Shown here: one piece after another, positions 38,567 to 46,295 of the stretch | How positions within the stretch are numbered: the first letter of the stretch is position 1 | How the letters are laid out: every line of letters begins with the position of its first letter | DNA from: Stellaceae bacterium | Lineage (GTDB): Bacteria > Pseudomonadota > Alphaproteobacteria > ATCC43930 > CGMCC-115725 | Reading direction: 5' to 3' | Assembly: GCA_035509615.1 (NCBI GenBank) | Contig: DATJLK010000098.1 | Location: 5,314 to 69,313, forward strand | Length of the DNA stretch: 64,000 bases | Made by a program: the position numbers and the translations under genes | Notes under the pieces: generated by a model | Told to the model about the DNA's origin: nothing | Databases searched by the model: none | Seen by the model: the letters and a program-made list of their open reading frames with translations, nothing else

Positions 38567-38586
38567 GGCGGCGAAACCCCGCCGCC
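38567..38586. terminator. Candidate bidirectional hairpin between convergent metC and mprF-acvB
   Basis: GGCGGCG-aaaccc-CGCCGCC: 7-bp GC stem with a 6-nt loop. There is no clear U-tract. Confidence 0.3.
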
Positions 38587-38622
38587 GCTTGTCGCGGTCA
38601 TCGATCGGGGATCTCGGGATCT

Positions 38623-41600
38623 CTAACCGGCGCGACGGCGGAATCCCTTGAGGATGTCTTCGGCGAGCGCATCGTAGTCACCATCGAAATGGTGACCGCC
38701 CTGGGTCTCGATGACCTCGGCCTTGTCGGTCTTAGCGAGAGCAGGGCATAGGCTGTCGTCTTCGTCATGGCCATAGAAACATTGGATCATCGACGGATCG
38801 ATTGGCGCCAGTGCAGGTTTTATCGGCAGCGCATTCTTGGTCGGCGGCGCGCCGAGCCAGCCCATCATGCTGATCTCGAAGTCAGCCGCCGAGGCGAAGC
38901 CAAGCAATGACAGCTGGACGACATGCTGCTTTGCTTCGGGCGGCAGCCGATCATAGGCAAAGGGCAACACATCTGCGCCAAATGAATAGCCGACCAACGC
39001 CACCTTGGAGGCGCCCCAGCGCGCGGTATAGGTGTCGATGACGGCGCCGAGATCGCGTGCCGTCTGTGCCGGGGTCTTGCGGCTCCAGAAATAGCGCAGG
39101 CTGTCCCAGCCGATGACCGACACGCCTTGCGCCCGCAGCTTTTCGGCGATCTGCCGGTCGAGGTCGCGCCAGCCGCCATCGCCGGAAATCACGATAGCCA
39201 GCAACGGCCCGTGCGGCGTCGCCGGCAACTCGACCAGCGGCAGGCCCGCGATCGCCGGGCCGGAAATATCGCGCGATTTGCCGAGATGCGGGCGTATCAA
39301 TGCTGCCATCGCGGCAATCGTGCCGCCTGTCTTTGTGACGTTGTCGATCGTGACGGGGGTGCCCGCCGCTTTTAGCGCCTCGACCTGTCTGCGCCCGTCG
39401 GCGTCGGTGCTGTCGAAACCCGCCGCCCAGAAGCCGTTGAGCGACCGCCACGGGCCGTAGGAAAAACTGCTGCCGGCGCTGGCCGCCGATGAACCGCCCG
39501 AACATAGTGGCACCGGCGTCTTCAGGGATGCGGTCGGATCAAGCGAAACGGCGCCGGCGATTGTCGCTGGCGGCGATTGCGCCAATGTCGCCGCGGCAAA
39601 CGCGCCGCCTTCGCCGACCCCCGCCAAAATCGGCGTCCAATAGGTGGAATTGCCGCGCTGACGCTGGATCTCGCGGCTGATCAGTTCGATGGCGGCAACG
39701 GCATCGGAGCATCGCCCTTTTTCCCGGGCGCCAACCTGCCGAAAATAGGTGGAAAGGTCGACCCCGGCGACAAAAGCGCCATCATCGGCGAGAGTTGCGG
39801 CAATCTTGTCCGATACCGCATCCCAGCCGCTGGCGTCGGAAAACAATATGACGAGGCCATGCATCGCGCCGTCCGGTTGGACGATATGCAGTTTGCCGAA
39901 ATCGCCGGTGTCGATTGCCTTTGCCCTCGCCGTAACCGCCGACAGACTCGACACGGCCAGCGTCAGGGCGAGTATCGCGGCGCCGACCGGATGCCGCCGT
40001 CGCTTTGGCGCGAGCGAGCGTGAAGCTTTCGGCCGCCTTACGCCGCCACCGATCAGCACCGCGATGTCGGCAAGCGCCAGGTACGGTCCAAATACACCGG
40101 AGGCAGCCAGGTAACGCGGCTCCCAATCGGGCGCAAATTTGTCCTTGAAGGCGTGCAGGCCCTGGAAATTGTAAAACCGGCGACCGTGAGACCAGAGAAA
40201 ACGTGCCAGCCGGTGCCAGCGCGAGGCCAGCGGATGCGCGCCAAAGCCGGAGAGTGGCGTCATGCCGAGGCTGAGGCTGCGATACCCGGCGCAGCGGAAA
40301 TGCTCCAGCAACCGGACAAACAGGTAGTCCATCGCACAGCGCGACACCGCATCGGGCCGCAGACGCATCAGCCCGAGAGTCGCCCGGTCTTTGCGATCGG
40401 TGGTCATGATTGTGGCAAAGGCGATCGGGCGCCCGCGTTCGCGCAGAAGCGCCACGGTTTGCGCCATCACATAGTCGCGCCGGAAGGCCGCGACCGAAAA
40501 GCGCTTCTCGCCGGCGGCGGCGTGTCGTGCCAGCCAAGCGTCGGAAATCACTTGGAGTTCATCGATGATCTCGGCAACGCGCGCGGGCGGAACTATTTCA
40601 AGCGCCAAGCCATCGCGCTCGCCGCGCCGGAGGGAATAGCGAAGACCCGCGCTCCCGCTGCCCTCGAGGGTGAAGCGCGCCAACGGGACGCACGCCTCCT
40701 CGCCAATCTTCATGACGCGCAAGCCGGCATCGAGATAGAGCGGCAGGCTCGCTGGCGGCACCTGATAAAACGCCACTCGACCGCCATGCGCGTCAGCGAG
40801 TTCGATAAACCGCCAGACCAGTTCGACTCGTTCGTCGCTCGGACCGACCGGATCGCCGAGCGTCGCCCAGGTACGGCCATGCTTTGCAAACATCAGAAAC
40901 GATTTTCCGGTATCCGAGAACATCAGGCTCTTGTCGCCGATTAACGCCAGCAAGGCATCGGAGCGCTTTTGTACGGCGACAATGCGCCGCGCCTGGGCCA
41001 GGTGGTCCGGAGCCGGCCGACCGGGACTCCCGGCCGCCGGGCGCAGCAATTGCCACAAGCCGAGCGCCAGGCCAAACACGGCGATGCCGAGGACCGTGCG
41101 CAGCGCCCGCGACGCTGTGGCGTCAAGCTCGAATTGCCACCATAGCGGGTGGCTATATTCGACATGCCGAAACGCAAAGAACAGAATCCAGATCGTCGTG
41201 GCAATAACGCAACCGATAGCCGTCAGCCACCCGGCACTCAGCGGCTGCGACAACATCGAGGCGCGACGGCTGAACTGGGCGCGTCCGGCGATCAGGCCGA
41301 TCAGCAGCAACACCGCTGCGGTCGGTGCGATGACCGCGAGGCCCTTGATCAGACAAAACGGAATGCTGAGTACGGTCATCGACAAGGCGAGCCACCAGGC
41401 GCCGTCGAGGCGATGGAAAAGACCGCGTGCGGTAAAGAGGAGAACCAGGCCGGCCACGCTCGCCAGCAGATGCGCGGTTTCGATCGCCCAGAGCGGGACG
41501 TGCAGCGCCAGAAGCTGCAAGCGGTCGGTCAACGCCGGCATGGCTCCGGACGCGACCAGCGTCGCGCCGACAGCAAAGGTTGCCGCTGCAAGAAAAGGCG

Positions 41601-42654
41601 GCGTCATCCGTCCGGCGGCACGGCCGATGCGCGCGCTGGTGTTTGCACCGAGAGAACGGCGTGCCTCGAAGCCGGCCAGCAACACGGTTGAGAGGAATAG
41701 CGGCAGCAGATAATAGATCGCACGATAGGCAAGGAGAGCCGCGCCGACGGCGCTGACCGGGGCCTTGCTGCCAACGGCGTAAAGGATCGCGACCTCGAAC
41801 ACGCCAAGCCCGCCGGGAATGTGGCTCAGCACGCCGAGCCCGAGGGCTGCCGCATAGACGGCTGCGAAGGGGACAAAGCCGATGCCGGTTGGCGGCAGCA
41901 ACACCCAGAGAACGGCGGCGGCGGCAATGACGTCGGTCGTCGTCAGCGCGAGCTGAACTATGACAAGAGCTGGTCCGGGGGGATGGATCTCTATCCCGCC
42001 GATCGTCACGGGGCGGCGTCGAACCGCGCAAAACACCAAAGATCCTGCCGCCAAGGCCAGCAAGATCGCCGCCGCGGCGAATAATGGTTCGGGCGAGGTT
42101 CCCAGCATCCAACTGACCCGATGCGTGCACAAGACAAGCCCGAGCCCGGCAATCGCGGCAAGTCCGACCCCTAATGCTGCCGAGATGAACAGGATCACGC
42201 GCACGATCTGGTCGGACGACAAGCCGGCAGCGGTATAGATCCGATAGCGGACGGCCCCGCCGGAAAAGGCGCCAAACCCGACGGCATTGCCGATTGCGTA
42301 ACCGCAGAACGACGCGAGAAACACCGAGGAAAGCGCCGGACGGGCCCGGGCATAGCGCAGACCGGAAAAATCGTATCCGAGCAGCGCCGCGTAACTTACC
42401 GCGGTTGCGGCCAGCGCCAGCAACAGCGCCGACACCGGGGTTCCCCGCAGTGCGGCTTCGAGTGCGTGGAAGCTCAGTCCCTTAACCGCCTTGTCCAGGC
42501 TCCACAACACCAGAGCGGCGATGGCGAGTACCGAGAGACCAAGCACAAGCGGGCGATGCGAGGCCGGGGATCGCGACGGAGCACCGCTCGGCAGTCGGTC
42601 CACCGTGGTTGAGGTTATCTTTGAATGCGTTTGGCTTGCCTCGGGCTTCAGCAT
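38623..42654 (-). CDS. Fusion protein: MprF/LpiA-type lysyl-phosphatidylglycerol synthase/flippase (N-terminal, about 40060-42654) plus AcvB/VirJ-type domain (C-terminal, about 38623-39950)
   Basis: Single 1343-aa ORF. The N-terminal polytopic membrane region plus a DUF2156-like synthase region (FYQVPPASLPLYLDAGLRVMKIGEEA) are MprF-like. After an internal signal/TM-like segment (HPVGAAILALTLAVSSLSAVTARA) comes VirJ/AcvB-like sequence: ISGDGGWRDLD...IGWDSLRYFW...VGYSFGADVLP (38971-38991). Confidence 0.8.
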   Translation of the reverse strand: MLKPEASQTHSKITSTTVDRLPSGAPSRSPASHRPLVLGLSVLAIAALVLWSLDKAVKGLSFHALEAALRGTPVSALLLALAATAVSYAALLGYDFSGLRYARARPALSSVFLASFCGYAIGNAVGFGAFSGGAVRYRIYTAAGLSSDQIVRVILFISAALGVGLAAIAGLGLVLCTHRVSWMLGTSPEPLFAAAAILLALAAGSLVFCAVRRRPVTIGGIEIHPPGPALVIVQLALTTTDVIAAAAVLWVLLPPTGIGFVPFAAVYAAALGLGVLSHIPGGLGVFEVAILYAVGSKAPVSAVGAALLAYRAIYYLLPLFLSTVLLAGFEARRSLGANTSARIGRAAGRMTPPFLAAATFAVGATLVASGAMPALTDRLQLLALHVPLWAIETAHLLASVAGLVLLFTARGLFHRLDGAWWLALSMTVLSIPFCLIKGLAVIAPTAAVLLLIGLIAGRAQFSRRASMLSQPLSAGWLTAIGCVIATTIWILFFAFRHVEYSHPLWWQFELDATASRALRTVLGIAVFGLALGLWQLLRPAAGSPGRPAPDHLAQARRIVAVQKRSDALLALIGDKSLMFSDTGKSFLMFAKHGRTWATLGDPVGPSDERVELVWRFIELADAHGGRVAFYQVPPASLPLYLDAGLRVMKIGEEACVPLARFTLEGSGSAGLRYSLRRGERDGLALEIVPPARVAEIIDELQVISDAWLARHAAAGEKRFSVAAFRRDYVMAQTVALLRERGRPIAFATIMTTDRKDRATLGLMRLRPDAVSRCAMDYLFVRLLEHFRCAGYRSLSLGMTPLSGFGAHPLASRWHRLARFLWSHGRRFYNFQGLHAFKDKFAPDWEPRYLAASGVFGPYLALADIAVLIGGGVRRPKASRSLAPKRRRHPVGAAILALTLAVSSLSAVTARAKAIDTGDFGKLHIVQPDGAMHGLVILFSDASGWDAVSDKIAATLADDGAFVAGVDLSTYFRQVGAREKGRCSDAVAAIELISREIQRQRGNSTYWTPILAGVGEGGAFAAATLAQSPPATIAGAVSLDPTASLKTPVPLCSGGSSAASAGSSFSYGPWRSLNGFWAAGFDSTDADGRRQVEALKAAGTPVTIDNVTKTGGTIAAMAALIRPHLGKSRDISGPAIAGLPLVELPATPHGPLLAIVISGDGGWRDLDRQIAEKLRAQGVSVIGWDSLRYFWSRKTPAQTARDLGAVIDTYTARWGASKVALVGYSFGADVLPFAYDRLPPEAKQHVVQLSLLGFASAADFEISMMGWLGAPPTKNALPIKPALAPIDPSMIQCFYGHDEDDSLCPALAKTDKAEVIETQGGHHFDGDYDALAEDILKGFRRRAG

Positions 42655-43084
42655 GATCGCCTCATCGGGCGATCATGCGCGACAGGCCGATGCTTGTGCG
42701 CTTGCCCCCTTCCACTGGCAGCAGGCGCTCGGACGCGTTCGCCACATCCGTAAATCCGGGCCGCCCTTCGCAGATCACTCGCTCGTTGCAACCGCGCCAG
42801 CCCTCTCGACGACGTCTCTCTATAATCGATTCAGCGTCTCTCTTCCCTACTCAAATCACTTGACCCCCAGAGTCGAAGTCGTATTCGACCACGCTGTCGC
42901 GGCCCGCGAGGATCAATCATTGCGGAAGACGGACGGCGCACTTGATCATGAGCCGGAAACCAGCCGGCGTGAACTGGCAATCCATCGCACAATAGTCTTG
43001 CTGACGCGCTTGCGCGAGCGGATATCCGCGTCGTCGGGAGACCGATCCTCAAAGACCCGACCGATTGCCGGCCCCAGAACGGCC

Positions 43085-44121
43085 TCATGATTCCGGTGGT
43101 CGCCGGATCCTGCCAGGCCAGCGAACCACGCACGGCACGCGATAGGCGCCCACCCAATTCGAATTCTTCTCGTTACGAAATGGCGTCATGGCGCCATCGG
43201 GCCATGAATTCATGTGCGGACCATTGTCCGTGCTGTAAACCACAAAGGTATTGTCGGCGATGCCGGCCTGGTCGAGCGCCTGCAGCACGGTGCCGACGTT
43301 CTTGTCGTGATCGATCATCACATCGTGGTATTCGCTTTGCCAGCGGCCCGCCTGGCCCCGGCTCTCCGGCTTCACATGGGTGCGCAGGTGCATATGGGTG
43401 AAGTTCACCCATAAAAAGAAGGGCTTGCCGGCCGCGACCTGGCGCTTGATGTAGTCGGCGGCGCGGCTGGCGATATCGTCGTCGATCGATCGTTTCCATA
43501 CGCTTTTTTGTCAGCGGCCCGGTGTCGACAATGGTCTGCTTGCCGATCCTGCCGAAACGCGGGTCGACCGTCGGGTCGTCGGTCTCGGTCGCCTTGCAAT
43601 CCAAGACCCCGCGCAATCCAAGACCCCGCGCAATCCAAGACCCCGCGCGGACCGAATTTCTCGCGGAACGCCGGGTCCTTCGGGTAATCCGGCAGCTCCG
43701 GCTCTTCCTCCGCGTTAAGGTGTTACAAATTGCCGTAGAACTCGTCAAAGCCGTGCACGGTCGGCAGATATTCGTTGCGGTCGCCCAGATGGTTCTTGCC
43801 GTTCTGTGCGGTCGCATAGCCCAATGGCTTGAGCAGTTCGGCTATTGTCGGATCCTCTTTTTGCAGACCAACGGCGGCGGCCGGCAGACCGACCTTGGTC
43901 ATTCCGGTCCGCAACCCGTGCTGGCCGGTGATAAACGAGGCCCGTGCCGCGGTGCAGCTCTGCTCGGCATAGCAGTCGGTAAAGCGCATGCCCTCATCGG
44001 CTATGCGGTCGATATTGGGCGTGCGGTAGCCCATCAAGCCGTTGCTGTAGCAGCTGAGGTTGGTCGTGCCGATGTCGTCGCCCCAGATCACGACAATATT
44101 CGGCTTCGGGGTCTCCGCCAT
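43085..44121 (-). pseudogene. Arylsulfatase pseudogene (nonsense codon, 17-bp triplication, frameshift, probably decayed 3' part)
   Basis: The N-terminus [67 protein letters not shown] is sulfatase-like. An in-frame TAA at 43723-43725 interrupts [35 protein letters not shown]. The sulfatase-like sequence then continues in two further frames ([13 protein letters not shown]..., then [12 protein letters not shown]...YSTDNGPH...RWPG). Confidence 0.8.
43596..43646. repeat. 17-bp perfect tandem triplication (gcaatccaagaccccgc x3) inside the arylsulfatase pseudogene
   Basis: Read directly: 43596-43612, 43613-43629 and 43630-43646 are identical. Two extra copies add 34 nt, which shifts the reading frame. 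Confidence 0.95.
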
Positions 44122-44191
44122 TTACCGTCTCCGTTGACTAGATTAGCGATTTCATGCGGTCTCTTGCTCAAGGTCTGCCTGTCCCGTGCCG

Positions 44192-44440
44192 CTAGACAAG
44201 GCGCAGCAGCTCGGCGGAAAAGGCAAACACGCCGATGCCGACCAGCAGGACAGCGATCGCGGTCACCGGCGACTGCAATCCCTCCTTTGTCATCCCGGCC
44301 AAAGCGGCGAAGCTTTCGCCCCAGAGATAACGAATCGTCCACCAATATTGCCAAATCGAAATCAACAGCGCCAAGACGCCGCATGAGATCAGCGCCAATC
44401 CCAGATATCGCGCCGCCCTTGGATGCTCGGCGCGGTGCAC
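44192..44440 (-). CDS. Small integral membrane protein (82 aa, two hydrophobic helices), function unknown
   Basis: GTG start immediately after an in-frame stop. Hydrophobic segments: YLGLALISCGVLALLISIW and VTAIAVLLVGIGVFAF. Confidence 0.4.
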   Translation of the reverse strand: MHRAEHPRAARYLGLALISCGVLALLISIWQYWWTIRYLWGESFAALAGMTKEGLQSPVTAIAVLLVGIGVFAFSAELLRLV

Positions 44441-44649
44441 CCGGGCATCCGCGGCAGATGTTCAGAAAACTGGACGAATCGCGAACCCGAGGCCAATAGC
44501 GACGCCGCCGCGAGTACCCCGGACATCATCCCGGGTTCGAGGCTGAGACGAGCGCGCAGCCAAGTAAGATCGGCGTCTGCCTGCGGCTTACCGTGGACCT
44601 GCCGCAGTTGCGGCGGTATGCCATCTTGGCCCGCCTTTGATGCCTCGCG

Positions 44650-45465
44650 TTAAGTGATCGAAGGGTGCGGCCGTGGTTCCACCGCGAGCCGGCGCACGAT
44701 ATCGACCAGCTGGCCATGCGCGGCACTGGTCGGATCGCGGAATTCGTCGACCGAATGGGTATCGGCAAGCTTGCTCAGCCGGACAAGTTCGAGAATCCGT
44801 TGGCGCCGGTTTAGCGGGAATTCCGAGGGCCGACTGGTCAGCAGTATATGCCACAATTCGCCCTCGCCAAACAGGTGGTTGAGTTCGCTCGCCGTCACAT
44901 AAATCAGAAACAGGACAAATATCCAAAGCTGGACCGCGATAAACTGACTCCACGAGAAGCTCGCAATCATGTGCGGCAAAAAGGTGCCTAACGGATGGTG
45001 TGCGGCCAGGTACTTGATCCAATGTTCAAGCAGCCGGGCGATGAATACCATGGCCCAATAAAAACAAGACTTGAACAGGATGGGCCGGATCAATGGCGCG
45101 CGATCGAAGCGGCGGATCGTTCGCATCGCGTTGGCGACCAGTACTGCCTTTCCGACGACGAAAGCCGCGACCGTCGCCAGAAGATAGCTACTGAACTGCT
45201 CGCCATAATTGGTGAGAATCAGGTTTGTCGTCAGCAAAATCAGATTGAAGCCGATGACAAAGAAGATCGTCGGCGGCAGGATTTCGAGGAACTCGCGCAG
45301 CAAAAAAGCGCCGATGCGACGCGCAACGCCGTCCGACGATGGGGATGGCGTCGCGGGGACTTCGATTTCGGAAGTCTTTGGACCGCTCAGCGTGGGTGCG
45401 CCCCTGATTGGCTTTCTCCCGGTCAGGCCATCGCCAACCCGAACTCGACACTTCCTTGCTTCCAC
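44650..45465 (-). CDS. Membrane protein of unknown function (start uncertain)
   Basis: Several hydrophobic helices (LEILPPTIFFVIGFNLILLTTNLIL, LLATVAAFVVGKAVLV, FYWAMVFIARLL, FIAVQLWIFVLFLIYV). The proposed GTG at 45465-45463 overlaps the TAG of the upstream SDR gene by 1 nt. The longer 371-aa track ORF would overlap that gene. Confidence 0.5.
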   Translation of the reverse strand: MEARKCRVRVGDGLTGRKPIRGAPTLSGPKTSEIEVPATPSPSSDGVARRIGAFLLREFLEILPPTIFFVIGFNLILLTTNLILTNYGEQFSSYLLATVAAFVVGKAVLVANAMRTIRRFDRAPLIRPILFKSCFYWAMVFIARLLEHWIKYLAAHHPLGTFLPHMIASFSWSQFIAVQLWIFVLFLIYVTASELNHLFGEGELWHILLTSRPSEFPLNRRQRILELVRLSKLADTHSVDEFRDPTSAAHGQLVDIVRRLAVEPRPHPSIT

Positions 45466-46235
45466 TAGAGACCGACGCTGTTCTGCATGATGCCGCCATC
45501 GGCGAAGACGGTCGTCGCGGTGAGGTAGCTCGCACCTTCTCCGGCAACAAAGCCGACCACGCTGGCAATCTCCTCCGGGCGCGCCATGCGCCCCAGCGGT
45601 ATGGCCGCATCCACCTGTGCCAGCTTGGTTGCATCGCTCGTCGTGCCGAGGTTGATCGGCGTTGCCACTGCACCCGGTCCGACCCCGACGACAAGGATGT
45701 TGTGTCTGGCGAGTTCGACACCCGCTGTACGCGTCAGCATGCGCATACCGCCTTTGGAAAGGCAATACGGCGTGTTGCCGGGCATCGGCCAGTCCTCATG
45801 GACCGAGGTGATGTTGATAATACGGCCGCCGCCGCCCTGTTTGATCATCTGGCGGGCGGCGATCTGAGTGCCGAAGAAGGCGCTCTTGAGATTGATCGCC
45901 ATGACCCGGTCGTACTGGTCCTCGGTGGTGTCGAGGACCGAGGTGCGGGTTTCGATGCCGGCGTTGTTAACCATAATGTCGACCCGGCCGAATTTCTTCA
46001 CCGTCGCGTCGACAAGCCTCTGCAGGTCGGCGAGCCTGCTGACATCGGCTTCGACGCCAATAGATTGATCGCCAAGTGCGGCGACCTGGCGCTCCAGCGC
46101 CTCGGTCGCCTCCGAATGACACACATAATCGATCGCGATGTTGACGCCCTGTCGCGCCAATTCGAGAACGACGGCCTGACCTATCCCGCTATTGCCGCCG
46201 GTGACGATGGCGACCTTGCCCTGCAATGACATCAT
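45465..46235 (-). CDS. SDR-family oxidoreductase (glucose 1-dehydrogenase-like)
   Basis: VAIVTGGNSGIGQA, NNAGI, and the catalytic YCLSKGG (YxxxK). Length is 256 aa. Confidence 0.8.
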   Translation of the reverse strand: MMSLQGKVAIVTGGNSGIGQAVVLELARQGVNIAIDYVCHSEATEALERQVAALGDQSIGVEADVSRLADLQRLVDATVKKFGRVDIMVNNAGIETRTSVLDTTEDQYDRVMAINLKSAFFGTQIAARQMIKQGGGGRIINITSVHEDWPMPGNTPYCLSKGGMRMLTRTAGVELARHNILVVGVGPGAVATPINLGTTSDATKLAQVDAAIPLGRMARPEEIASVVGFVAGEGASYLTATTVFADGGIMQNSVGL

Positions 46236-46295
46236 AATCTCCTCGATGAGTATCTTTGGGCGCCTGCCAATTCGATGATGGCGATCTTCTGAGTT

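Noticed and set aside
42655-43084. Possible continuation of the arylsulfatase remnant, or a separate regulator fragment
   Set aside because: I saw only vague resemblance in one frame (NHEAVLGP...DADIRSRKR versus the expected SHxDWLPTLL..DPDIKEKL). This is too weak to annotate.
45466-45765. N-terminal 100 aa of the 371-aa track ORF 44650-45765
   Set aside because: It would fully overlap the 3' end of the SDR gene on the same strand in another frame, and it has Arg/Cys/Gly-rich nonsense composition. The membrane protein most likely starts at or after the GTG at 45465.
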